64,000 nucleotides of DNA from positions 90,310-154,309 of the forward strand of contig CAYYUV010000001.1 of assembly GCA_964474405.1 (NCBI GenBank), read 5' to 3'. This document shows, in pieces, positions 44,704-56,118 of the stretch. This stretch comes from an uncultured Oscillospiraceae bacterium (GTDB taxonomy: Bacteria; Bacillota; Clostridia; Christensenellales; CAG-138). The notes beneath the pieces were generated by a model that was given only the letters and a program-made list of their open reading frames with translations, made no database searches and had not been told where the DNA came from. How positions within the stretch are numbered: the stretch's first letter is position 1; each line of letters opens with the position of its first letter. The position numbers and the translations under genes were made by a program.

Positions 44704-44786
44704 CCGTATCGGGACGGTTGCCGCCGATCCTCATCGATGTGGTGCCATAGAGCTATCTGATGCCAAAAAGGCAGGAGGTAACTTGT

Positions 44787-47327
<2,541 letters not shown>

Positions 47328-47361
47328 ATTGCGCGGTCTATGGGAACAAAACAATGCATGC

Positions 47362-47400
47362 AGAAAAAGTGCCGGCCGTATCATACGGTCGGCACTTCTT
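47362..47400. terminator. Bidirectional terminator between the ATPase and the convergent membrane-protein gene
   Basis: 13-bp stem AGTGCCGGCCGTA/TACGGTCGGCACT (47367-47395), with A5 before it and TCTTAT after it. Confidence 0.75.
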
Positions 47401-47414
47401 ATATCCGGATCGTG

Positions 47415-48008
47415 TTAGAACAGCCGGAATAGATTCTCGTTGAACCAGGTATAGCCAAGATCCAGCTGCGGCAGGATGTTCAGCCCCTTGAGAAAGCCCA
47501 GGATGACCCAAATCATGATAAGAATGCCGAGGATCAGCACGATCGTGGCAAAAACGCCGCCCACCGATGCGCCGCGAGCACGCTTTCTGCCGTCGGCACG
47601 GCGTTCGCTGTTGTCAAACAGTGGCTCCGTAGACGACGGCTCCTCGGAGATCGGCGCGGGCTGCGGCGGCTCTGCGGCGGGCGTCTCGGGCGTTGCTGCC
47701 ACGGATGCCGATGTGCCAAACAGCTCGCAGGACAGCTGCTTCACATCCGCATCCACCAGTCCGTACAGCTCAATGCGGCGGCCGGTGACGGCGTCAACCC
47801 ACAGATCCCATCCGTCTGCCTCGTTCTTCTCACGCAGAGTACGGATCAGCTCCAGAATCGTTTCGCGCGTGATGGTGCGTGCGGCTTCCTTGCTCTTGGT
47901 TGTGGCGAGCGCGCGCCGATAGATGCCATCCCCATATTCACCGAACAGCAGCCGCGCCGCCTCTGTCTCACCGTCCCGGATCTGTCGGATGCATGTCAGC
48001 TTGTCCAT
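47415..48008 (-). CDS. Single-pass membrane protein with sigma-70 region-2-like N-terminal segment (anti-sigma-like?)
   Basis: ATG 48008 is chosen because the longer track ORF would overlap the fur-family gene. N-terminal IRDGETEAARLLFGEYGDGIYRRA, a Pro-rich linker, and TM VFATIVLILGILIMIWVILGF. Confidence 0.72.
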   Translation of the reverse strand: MDKLTCIRQIRDGETEAARLLFGEYGDGIYRRALATTKSKEAARTITRETILELIRTLREKNEADGWDLWVDAVTGRRIELYGLVDADVKQLSCELFGTSASVAATPETPAAEPPQPAPISEEPSSTEPLFDNSERRADGRKRARGASVGGVFATIVLILGILIMIWVILGFLKGLNILPQLDLGYTWFNENLFRLF

Positions 48009-48114
48009 GCCGGTTTCCCCCCTGCAATTTTTCTTGATTATATCATGCTTTGCCGTGTGTTGCACAGAAATTTGCGTCTGGGTGGCGCGCAGCGAAAATT
48101 TCGTGGGCACACCC

Positions 48115-48143
48115 TTGCCGGACGGAGTGATATCATGTAAAAT
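48115..48143 (+). promoter_or_regulatory. Promoter placing the transcription start at or next to the fur-family ATG (leaderless?)
   Basis: TTGCCG (48115-48120), 17-nt spacer, TAAAAT (48138-48143). The ATG at 48150 has no SD. Confidence 0.45.
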
Positions 48144-48149
48144 ATACAT

Positions 48150-48572
48150 ATGCAACCAATACGAAAAATCAAAACAGGCTCTCTGCCGCCAGCTCGCCGC
48201 AATACGGCCCAAAGACGGCTCGTGTATGAAGCCGTGCTGGCGCGTAACGATCATCCCAGCGCAGATGAGATCTATCTCGATGTCAACGCGCTGGATCCGC
48301 GCCTCAGCCGCGCCACGGTCTATCGTAATTTGAACCTGCTGGCCGAGCGCGGAGAGCTGCGTCATGTCAAGCTTCCAACCGGGCCGGACAGGTTTGATTG
48401 GCGGCTGGAGGATCATAACCACGCCATGTGCGTCCAGTGCCAGCGAGTGATCGATCTGGCGCTGCCGTACGATCGCGGATTCGACGCCTGCATCGCGGAT
48501 GAGACCGGCTTTATTATCACGCGTCACCGCACAGTGTTTGAGGGGCTGTGCCCCGATTGTCAGAATCTCTGA
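48150..48572 (+). CDS. Fur family transcriptional regulator (Fur/PerR/Zur type not resolved)
   Basis: RNTAQRRLVYEAV winged helix, HNHAMCVQC and CPDC metal sites. Confidence 0.92.
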   Translation: MQPIRKIKTGSLPPARRNTAQRRLVYEAVLARNDHPSADEIYLDVNALDPRLSRATVYRNLNLLAERGELRHVKLPTGPDRFDWRLEDHNHAMCVQCQRVIDLALPYDRGFDACIADETGFIITRHRTVFEGLCPDCQNL

Positions 48573-49868
48573 TCAGAGCATCTGCCGGCGTTCCGCCGCG
48601 GGTACCAGCGCGCCACCGGTCGCCCAAACGATCAGTGTCGCGTTTTTCATGTGCTTATCCAGGTTTTCGCGCACAAGATAGGCGCGCATCGCCGGCTCCG
48701 ACAGCAGGCGCCGCACCCCGGAAAAGCCGGCCGCGGCGGACGGCTCGACATACAGACCCTCCGTCCGGTGCAGCAGACGCATGTCCGATATGAACTGCGC
48801 GTCCGTATCCGTATACGCCCCGTCGAGCAGCGGATGCATCATATCGCATACCAGCTGCGAAGCACGGCCAACCGCAAGGCCGTCCGCTTGCGTTTTTCCC
48901 GTAAGACCGATGTCCGAGACCGACACAGCGGCGTCCCTGCCACTCGACAGCCCCAGAAGCATACACGGCGCCTGCACAGGCTCGGCAATGAATGCATGCG
49001 CATAATCGCCGAACACGAGCTTGAGCCCGAACGTGATGCCGCCCGGTGCGCCGCCCACGCCGCAGGGCAAAAAAACGAAAAGCGGATGCGTCGCATCAAC
49101 CGGGATCTTAGTAGCGTCCAGCTGCGCCGCCAACCGTTCCGCCGCCACAGCATAGCCGAGAAACAGATCCCGCGAGGTTTCATCGTCGATAAAGTAGCTC
49201 ATCGGATCGGCATCCGACAGCGCGCGTCCTTCGCGTACCGCCAGGGAATAATCCGCCGCATATTCGATCACCGTCACGCCGCGGCTTCTTAGAAGCTCCT
49301 TTTTCCATGCGCGCGCATCGGCGGACATGTGTACAACAACGCGAAAGCCGAGCGCCGAACCCATCAGTCCGATTGAAAGCCCCAGATTTCCCGTCGAACC
49401 CACCTGGATCGTATGCCGGCCAAAGCACGCCTGTGCATCCGCCGAGAGGAGCGCGGCATGATCCGCCTCCGGGTTTTTTAGAATACCTGCCGCCAGCGCA
49501 AGCGTCTCCGCATGCTTGAGCACCTCATAGATGCCGCCGCGCGCCTTGACAGAGCCGGACACCGGCAGATCGCCGTCCCTCTTGAGCAGCAACCGCCCGG
49601 GGATGTCCCGTTCTTCACACAGCGCCCGCTGCATGGCGGGGATCGGCGTCAGCGGGGATTCGATCCGGCCGCCCGCGGGGACGAGCTCCGGGAACAGCCG
49701 CATGAGAACGGGCGCAAAAAGCTCCAGACGCTTTGATGCGTCCGCAACGTCGCCCGCGGTCAGGGGCAGAGCCTTGGCGGCTTGGCTGATCGGGCTTAGC
49801 CGATCGTTGATCCAGCATGCCGGTTCTGCCGCGGCAAGCCGGTCTGCAAGGGCGGTTTCCTGTTTCAT
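48573..49868 (-). CDS. dsdA: D-serine ammonia-lyase (PLP-dependent)
   Basis: PVSGSVKARGGIYEVL lysine motif, and the length and pattern of DsdA. ATG 49868. Confidence 0.92.
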   Translation of the reverse strand: MKQETALADRLAAAEPACWINDRLSPISQAAKALPLTAGDVADASKRLELFAPVLMRLFPELVPAGGRIESPLTPIPAMQRALCEERDIPGRLLLKRDGDLPVSGSVKARGGIYEVLKHAETLALAAGILKNPEADHAALLSADAQACFGRHTIQVGSTGNLGLSIGLMGSALGFRVVVHMSADARAWKKELLRSRGVTVIEYAADYSLAVREGRALSDADPMSYFIDDETSRDLFLGYAVAAERLAAQLDATKIPVDATHPLFVFLPCGVGGAPGGITFGLKLVFGDYAHAFIAEPVQAPCMLLGLSSGRDAAVSVSDIGLTGKTQADGLAVGRASQLVCDMMHPLLDGAYTDTDAQFISDMRLLHRTEGLYVEPSAAAGFSGVRRLLSEPAMRAYLVRENLDKHMKNATLIVWATGGALVPAAERRQML

Positions 49869-50008
49869 GCCCCTATCGTAGCGGATTTGCTGCGGTGGGT
49901 CAAGCCGTTCTTTTTGTGCCGAACCGTGCAAAGAAGCGGTAAAGATTCCCCCTGTGGGCTTCACATACCTATTTTTGTATGATAAACTGTCTCAAACAGG
50001 AGGGTAGC

Positions 50009-51361
50009 ATGGCCGAAACCGAACGTCCCATTCACAGAAAACCTGCGCCGCTGCGGGCGCTTGCCTTTGGCTTTGCCATCATTATCCTGGTTGGCACGGT
50101 ATTGCTGATGCTGCCCGTCGCCAGCGTGGAGCGCGTTTGGACGCCGCCATTGACCGCGCTGTTTACCGCCACCAGCGCGACCTGCGTCACGGGGCTTGTC
50201 GTGGTGGATACGGCGACGTATTTTTCTTTGTTTGGGCAGATCGTGATTCTGCTCCTGATTCAGATCGGCGGTCTCGGCATCATGACCATCATCGGCTGGG
50301 TTTTGATGCTGTTCCGGCGGCGGATAAACCTCCGTGAACGCACGTTTTTGATGGAGCAGGTCAGCTCCATGCAGCTGGGCGGCGTGGTGCGGCTGGTCAA
50401 GCATATCCTGATCTGCACCGGCATTTTTGAGAGCATCGGCGCGGTGCTTTTGTCCCTTCGCTTTGTGCCGCTGCTGGGCTTTTGGCGCGGCGTGTGGTAC
50501 GGCGTGTTTCATGCGGTTTCGGCCTTTTGCAACGCGGGGTTTGACCTGATGGGAACCGTTACGGCCCCGTATGCGTCTTTGGTGGCGTTTGTGGACGATC
50601 CGCTTGTCAGCATTGTCATCATGGCGCTTATCGTCATCGGCGGTCTCGGGTTTATCGTTTGGGATGATCTGATTGAGAATAAGCTTCGGTTTTCCCGTTA
50701 CCGGCTGCACACCAAGCTGGTGCTGGTGGCAACGGCCGTTTTGGTTTTCGGCGGCGCCGTTGTCTTTGCTCTGGTGGAGTGGGGCAACACCCTGGCTCCG
50801 CTGTCGTGGAAAGGCAAGATTTTATCCGCCCTGTTCCAGGTGGTTACGCCGAGGACGGCTGGCTTCAACACGCTGGATATCGCGGCGCTTACGCCTGCCG
50901 GAAAGGGACTGACCATCTTTTTGATGTTCATCGGCGCCGGCGCGGGCAGCACCGCAGGCGGTATCAAGATGACAACGTTTGTAACGCTGGTGCTGACGGC
51001 GATATATTATACGCGAGGGCGCTCGGACGTCAGCGTCTTTGGCCGCCGGCTGGAGGATACCGCGGTTCGACGCTCGTTTTCCGCAACGATGATCTATCTG
51101 TCCGTCACCATTCTGGGGACGTTTGTTCTGCTTTTGCAGGGGCTGGACATGACCGACGTCCTGCTGGAAACCTTTTCGGCAACCAGCACGGTGGGTCTTT
51201 CCACCGGCATCACCCGCGCGCTGAACCCGCTGTCGCGTGTGGCGATCATCCTGCTGATGTACAGCGGGAGGCTTGGCAGCTTGTCCGTCATGATGGCCAT
51301 GACGGAGCGGCGCATGGCGGCTGTCGCTTTGAAGCCGTCGGAAAAAATCATGATAGGATAA
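50009..51361 (+). CDS. trkH: TrkH/KtrB family potassium uptake membrane subunit
   Basis: Repeated selectivity-filter-like GLG/GFN motifs (QIGGLGIMT, NAGFDL, RTAGFNT, STVGLSTG). AGGAGGG RBS. Confidence 0.95.
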   Translation: MAETERPIHRKPAPLRALAFGFAIIILVGTVLLMLPVASVERVWTPPLTALFTATSATCVTGLVVVDTATYFSLFGQIVILLLIQIGGLGIMTIIGWVLMLFRRRINLRERTFLMEQVSSMQLGGVVRLVKHILICTGIFESIGAVLLSLRFVPLLGFWRGVWYGVFHAVSAFCNAGFDLMGTVTAPYASLVAFVDDPLVSIVIMALIVIGGLGFIVWDDLIENKLRFSRYRLHTKLVLVATAVLVFGGAVVFALVEWGNTLAPLSWKGKILSALFQVVTPRTAGFNTLDIAALTPAGKGLTIFLMFIGAGAGSTAGGIKMTTFVTLVLTAIYYTRGRSDVSVFGRRLEDTAVRRSFSATMIYLSVTILGTFVLLLQGLDMTDVLLETFSATSTVGLSTGITRALNPLSRVAIILLMYSGRLGSLSVMMAMTERRMAAVALKPSEKIMIG

Positions 51362-51377
51362 TTGGAAGAGGTTTTTT

Positions 51378-52028
51378 ATGAGAAGTATGCTGGTCATCGG
51401 CATCGGCCGGTTTGGGAAACATCTTGCCATGAAGCTTGCGGAGCTCGGCAACGAGGTGCTCATCATTGACAAGGATGAGGAGACGATCAACAAGATCGCA
51501 CCCTTTGTTACAAGCGCACAGATCGGCGACTGTATGGAGGAGGAGGTCATGCGCTCGCTGGGCGTGCGCAATTTTGACGTCTGCTTTGTCTGCATCAGTG
51601 AGAATTTTCAGTCCAGTCTGGAGATCACATCCATGCTCAAAGAGATGGGCGCCAAGTTTGTCGTGTCGAAGGCGGATCGTGATATCCATGCCAAGTTCCT
51701 GCTGAAGGTCGGGGCGGACGAAATCATCTACCCTGAACGCGACATGGCGCGGCGCGCAGCCATGCGGTACAGCGCGAAAAACGCCTATGATTATATCGAG
51801 CTTGCGCCGGATTATGCGTTGATGGAGATGCAAATTCCGCAATCCTGGGAGGGAAAAACGATCATCGATCTTGATGTGCGCAACAAGTTTGGCGTCAACA
51901 TCATCGGCATCAAGCGAACCAGCAAGGTCGAGCCCATTACCGACGCGCGTCATGTGTTTGAGGAGGCGGAGCATATCCTGGTCGCCGGCAGCAAACGCGA
52001 TATCATCCGGCTGATGGACAAGAAATAA
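51378..52028 (+). CDS. trkA: TrkA/KtrA potassium uptake NAD-binding subunit (RCK N + C)
   Basis: MLVIGIGRFGKHLA Rossmann motif; 216 aa. Confidence 0.95.
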   Translation: MRSMLVIGIGRFGKHLAMKLAELGNEVLIIDKDEETINKIAPFVTSAQIGDCMEEEVMRSLGVRNFDVCFVCISENFQSSLEITSMLKEMGAKFVVSKADRDIHAKFLLKVGADEIIYPERDMARRAAMRYSAKNAYDYIELAPDYALMEMQIPQSWEGKTIIDLDVRNKFGVNIIGIKRTSKVEPITDARHVFEEAEHILVAGSKRDIIRLMDKK

Positions 52029-52052
52029 CAGGGGAATCAAGGACAAATAATT

Positions 52053-52079
52053 AAGCGCGGCTTTGTTGCCGCGCTTTTT
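52053..52079. terminator. Bidirectional terminator between trkA and malQ
   Basis: AAGCGCGGC-TTTGTT-GCCGCGCTT followed by TTT; an AT-rich run follows on the other strand. Confidence 0.8.
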
Positions 52080-52091
52080 GTATCGCATAGG

Positions 52092-53558
52092 TTACGCCCG
52101 GCCGCTCATCCTGGCATAATAGCAGACGCGATCCGCCAGCGCTTCGGAAAAATCCTCCGGCCGCGCACGGTAGGTCCACCATCCGAGCGAGCCCGGCTGA
52201 TTGGTGCGGAAACGGTCGTCCAATGAAAGCAGATCCTGCATCGGCGTCATGGCAAGTTCGGCGGCCGACAGATACAGGCCGCGGAGAAACGCAAACGCGA
52301 TCCCCTCTCGTTCGCTGATACCGAGATAATCCACCGCGAACGCCGCATCCCGAACCGGCGCACCATTGAACCAGCCCGCGGCGGTGCTGCTGTCGTGGGT
52401 GGAGGTATAGGCCACGCAGTGCGCCGGATAATTGTGCGGCAGCTCGCGCGAGTTTTTGAGCGGGTCAAAGCCAAAGACCATCACGCGCATGCCGGGATAG
52501 CCGGACTGTGACAGCAGCTTTTTGACCTCCGGCGTCAGATATCCCAGATCCTCCGCGATGATGCGAACCTCCGGATGCGCCTGCCTGAGCGCGTCGATGA
52601 GCGCCATTCCGGGGCCCGGATACCATTGCCCCGGCCGCGCGTCGGGTGAGCCGAACGGCACCGCCCAATAGCTTTCCAGACCGCGGAAATGATCGATGCG
52701 GATGAAGTCATAACGCGCTTTGGCCGCGCTGATCCGGCCACACCACCAACAAAAGCCGTCCTCTGCGTGCTTGGGCCAGTCGTACACCGGGTTGCCCCAA
52801 AGCTGGCCGAGCGCCGTGAAATAATCCGGCGGGACACCCGCCACCAGCGTCGGCCGCCCGTCCGCGTCGAGCTGAAAAAGCTGTCGGTGCTGCCATGTCT
52901 CACAGCTGTCCATCGGCACATAAATGGGGACATCCCCAATAAACGCGATTCCTTTTTTTGTGGCATAATCCTTCAGCCGCGCCCACTGGTTCTCAAAGAT
53001 GTATTGCAGAAAATGCTGAAAGGCAATCTCCTCCGCCTGTTCGCCCCGGTACCATTGGAGCACGGACGGATCGCGGTTTTTTGCGCCCTCATCCGGCCAT
53101 TCGGTCCATGCCGCGCCGTCAAAATGCTGTTTCAGCGCAGCGAACAGCGCATAGTCCGACTGCGCGTCCTGCTGCGCGCAGCTTGATTGCATGCATGCAC
53201 GGTCAAACCGCGCAAACGCCTTTCGCAGCAGAGGAAGCCGGTTCTGATAGAGCTTGCCGTAATCCACGCGTTCAGGGTCGCCGCCAAAATCCGCCGCGTC
53301 GATCTCCGCCTGCGTCAACAACCCCTCCTCGCAGAGCAGGTCAAGATCGATCAGATACGGATTGCCCGCATAAGCGGAGGACGATTGGTAAGGCGAATCC
53401 CCGTAGCTGGTCGGTCCGAGTGGCAGAATCTGCCAGAAGGATTGTCCCGCCCGGCTTAGAAAATCAATAAAATCATAAGCGGCGCGTCCAAGCGTTCCGA
53501 TGCCGTGCGGCGACGGAAGGGAAAAGATCGGCATCAGGACGCCGCAAGATCGCTTCAT
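52092..53558 (-). CDS. malQ: 4-alpha-glucanotransferase (amylomaltase)
   Basis: N-terminal GVLMPIFSLPSPHGIGTLG, plus DHFRG and GDVPIYV motifs. GGAGG RBS. Confidence 0.96.
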   Translation of the reverse strand: MKRSCGVLMPIFSLPSPHGIGTLGRAAYDFIDFLSRAGQSFWQILPLGPTSYGDSPYQSSSAYAGNPYLIDLDLLCEEGLLTQAEIDAADFGGDPERVDYGKLYQNRLPLLRKAFARFDRACMQSSCAQQDAQSDYALFAALKQHFDGAAWTEWPDEGAKNRDPSVLQWYRGEQAEEIAFQHFLQYIFENQWARLKDYATKKGIAFIGDVPIYVPMDSCETWQHRQLFQLDADGRPTLVAGVPPDYFTALGQLWGNPVYDWPKHAEDGFCWWCGRISAAKARYDFIRIDHFRGLESYWAVPFGSPDARPGQWYPGPGMALIDALRQAHPEVRIIAEDLGYLTPEVKKLLSQSGYPGMRVMVFGFDPLKNSRELPHNYPAHCVAYTSTHDSSTAAGWFNGAPVRDAAFAVDYLGISEREGIAFAFLRGLYLSAAELAMTPMQDLLSLDDRFRTNQPGSLGWWTYRARPEDFSEALADRVCYYARMSGRA

Positions 53559-53662
53559 GGTTTGTCCTCCAGATCGGATTGTGTATTCATTTTAGCACAA
53601 TTGTGGTACAATACAAAGCGGAAAATGTTTTGCTCGCCGTGTGCGGGGTAAGGAGAATCATC

Positions 53663-54574
53663 ATGAAGTATAACGAACATCTGCTGCTGTCGGCCGAGGT
53701 TGCGGACGCCCTTGCAAAAGGGCTTCCGGTCGTCGCGCTGGAAAGCACCATCATATCCCACGGTATGCCGTATCCGCAGAATGTGGAGACCGCCCGCATG
53801 TGCGAACAGCTGGTGCGGGAGAACGGCGCCGTCCCTGCAACCGTTGCCATCCTGCAAGGACGTCTTTGCGCAGGCTTGACCTCCGAGCAGCTTGAATACC
53901 TCGGCAAAGCCGGCTCCGCCGTTGTAAAGGCGTCCCGGCGCGACATCCCGATGCTGGTAGCGCGCGGGATGGACGGCGCCACCACCGTCGCTGCCACGAT
54001 GATCATCGCGGCGCTTGCGGGCATCCGCGTCTTTGCTACCGGCGGCATCGGCGGCGTCCACCGGGGGGCGGAAACCACGATGGATATCTCCGCCGATCTC
54101 GATGAGCTTGGCAAAACGCCGGTCTGCGTGGTGTGCGCCGGGGCAAAGAGCATTCTGGATCTTGGGCTGACGCTTGAATATCTGGAGACGCGCGGCGTGC
54201 CCGTTATCGGCTACGGAACGGATGAGCTGCCTGCGTTCTATACCCGAAAGAGCGGCTTTTATCTTCCGTGGCGCGCCGATTCCCCGGAGGAGGTTGCCGC
54301 AGTCATTCGTGCCGAGCGGGATCTCGGGTACGCGGGCGGCATGCTTGTGACAAACCCGATCCCTGCGGAGTATTCGATGGATGAAGCCGTCATCCATGCC
54401 GCCATCGACCGCGCGATCGCTTCCTGCGGGGAGCAGGGCATCAAGGGCAAGGACACCACGCCGTATCTGCTGGCCACCATCAAGGATCTGACCGGCGGTG
54501 ATTCCCTCGCCTCCAACATCCAGCTTGTTTACAACAATGTCCGCCTTGCGGCAAAGATTGCCGCCGCTATATAG
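53663..54574 (+). CDS. psuG: Pseudouridine-5'-phosphate glycosidase
   Basis: VVALESTIISHGMPYPQN and GGIGGVHRG motifs. AAGGAG RBS. Confidence 0.95.
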   Translation: MKYNEHLLLSAEVADALAKGLPVVALESTIISHGMPYPQNVETARMCEQLVRENGAVPATVAILQGRLCAGLTSEQLEYLGKAGSAVVKASRRDIPMLVARGMDGATTVAATMIIAALAGIRVFATGGIGGVHRGAETTMDISADLDELGKTPVCVVCAGAKSILDLGLTLEYLETRGVPVIGYGTDELPAFYTRKSGFYLPWRADSPEEVAAVIRAERDLGYAGGMLVTNPIPAEYSMDEAVIHAAIDRAIASCGEQGIKGKDTTPYLLATIKDLTGGDSLASNIQLVYNNVRLAAKIAAAI

Positions 54575-54594
54575 CTCTTGCCTGAATGGCACAT

Positions 54595-54630
54595 AAAAGG
54601 AACGCTCCGCATCAGCGGAGCGTTCCTTTT
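54595..54630. terminator. Bidirectional terminator between psuG and rnfB
   Basis: Perfect 12-bp stem GGAACGCTCCGC/GCGGAGCGTTCC flanked by A4 and T4. Confidence 0.85.
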
Positions 54631-54647
54631 GTGTTGCTGTCAGATGA

Positions 54648-55478
54648 TCAGGTTTCCCAGTCATAGCTCTCTTTGAGCCCCTCAAAGTAATTGAAGATGC
54701 ATTTGTCGGGGCAAACCTCCACGCATGCGCCGCAGCGGGTGCAGCTATCGGGATTGATGATGGCTACGCCGTTCTCAACACGGATGGAGTCGGAAGGGCA
54801 GGCCTTTTCGCAGCGTTTGCAGCCCACGCAGGCGGCCTTGCATTGAAGCCGCGCCACACGCCCGATCTCCGTGTTGCGGCACAGCACAACGACGGTGCGG
54901 TTTTTCGGGACCAGGGCGATGATGTCGCGCGGGCATTCCTTGATGCATGCGCCGCAGCCGGTGCAATAATCGTCATTGGCGTAGGCCACGCCGTCTCTGA
55001 GTGACAGCGCGCCGAAGTTACACGCGGACAGGCAGTCGCCATAGCCCAGACAGGCAAAGCTGCAAGCCTTCGGCCCGCCGGCAAGCCCCGCCGCCGCGCG
55101 GCAGGATCTAGGCCCGTCATAGTCATAACGCATGCTGACGTTGCCGGGCGTACCCTGACAGCGGACGCGCGCGACCATGCGCTCGCCGACCACCGCATCC
55201 ACGCCCATGATCCGGCCGATTGCCTCCGCCGTTTGTTTGCCGCCCGCGGAGCAGCCGGTGACGGGCGCTTTGCCGTCCACGACCGCCTGCGCAAACCCGT
55301 CGCAGCCGGGAAAGCCGCATGCGCCGCAGTTGGCGCCGGCCAGCGCCGCGCGAACCTCAGATACGCGCGGATCGACCGACACCTCGAACTTTTTGCTCAC
55401 CAGTCCGAGCAGCAGCCCAAAGAGCGCGCCCAGGCCGCCCAGGATGGCGACGGAGCACAGAATGATTGTCCAGTTCAT
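54648..55478 (-). CDS. rnfB: Rnf electron transport complex subunit B (polyferredoxin)
   Basis: N-terminal TM plus multiple CxxCxxCxxxCP clusters. Last gene of the rnf operon. Confidence 0.95.
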   Translation of the reverse strand: MNWTIILCSVAILGGLGALFGLLLGLVSKKFEVSVDPRVSEVRAALAGANCGACGFPGCDGFAQAVVDGKAPVTGCSAGGKQTAEAIGRIMGVDAVVGERMVARVRCQGTPGNVSMRYDYDGPRSCRAAAGLAGGPKACSFACLGYGDCLSACNFGALSLRDGVAYANDDYCTGCGACIKECPRDIIALVPKNRTVVVLCRNTEIGRVARLQCKAACVGCKRCEKACPSDSIRVENGVAIINPDSCTRCGACVEVCPDKCIFNYFEGLKESYDWET

Positions 55479-55494
55479 GGATCCTCGCCCCCCT

Positions 55495-56118
55495 TTACTG
55501 CAAATTGTTGAACAGCCCCGAGAATCCCATAAACGCAACGCTCATCAGTCCCGCAATAATCAGGGAGATGGGGAAGCCCTTGAGGGATTTGGGGATGTTT
55601 GTGTCCTCGAGCCGCTCCCGGATGCCCGCCATCAGCACGATGGCCAGCAAAAACCCGAGCGCGCCGAACGTGCCGTTGAGAACCGACCACACAAGGCCAA
55701 GCCCTCCGTACACCACATACTGTACGTTTAGGATGCAGACGCCGAGCACCGCGCAATTGGTGGTGATGAGCGGCAGATAGATGCCCAGCGCGCTGTACAG
55801 GGCGGGCGACGCCTTTTTGAGGAACATCTCCACGCACTGCACCAGCGCCGCAATCACCAGAATGAACGCGATCGTGTTGAGGAAGGTCAGCGAAAGCGGC
55901 ACAAGCACCCATGTGTAGATCGCATAGGTGAACAGCGAGGCCAGCGCCATTACGAATGTGACGGCCATGCCCATCCCGACGGCGGTTTCCACCTTGGAGG
56001 ATACGCCGAGAAACGGGCAGCAGCCCAAGAATCTGGAGAAAATGAAGTTATTTGTCAGGACGCAGCTGAAGAAAAACAGAATGACGTTCAGCAGCGTTAA
56101 GCTGGAGGTAAAGCTCAT
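55495..56118 (-). CDS. rnfA: Rnf complex subunit A
   Basis: RnfA pattern NNFIFSRFLGCCPFLGVS. Confidence 0.97.
   Translation of the reverse strand: MSFTSSLTLLNVILFFFSCVLTNNFIFSRFLGCCPFLGVSSKVETAVGMGMAVTFVMALASLFTYAIYTWVLVPLSLTFLNTIAFILVIAALVQCVEMFLKKASPALYSALGIYLPLITTNCAVLGVCILNVQYVVYGGLGLVWSVLNGTFGALGFLLAIVLMAGIRERLEDTNIPKSLKGFPISLIIAGLMSVAFMGFSGLFNNLQ

Noticed and set aside
44516-44786. M-box (Mg2+) or yybP-ykoY (Mn2+) riboswitch upstream of the ATPase
   Set aside because: The hallmark strings I remember (GUUAGGUGAGGC... for M-box; GGGGAGUAG and UUGACAUA for yybP-ykoY) are absent from the transcribed leader. It is reported only as an unclassified attenuator candidate.
48009-48527. N-terminal extension of the 370-aa minus-strand ORF (47415..48527); similar extensions occur at 26925..27218 and 32846..32989
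   Set aside because: The extension would overlap the Fur-family gene on the other strand. An internal ATG with an RBS (48008; 26924 with GGGGAGG; 32845) gives proteins of normal family length.
49869-50008. c-di-AMP (ydaO-type) riboswitch upstream of trkH/ktrB
   Set aside because: Only ~140 nt are available, shared with the divergent dsdA promoter. I could recognise no pseudo-symmetric ydaO-like structure or terminator.
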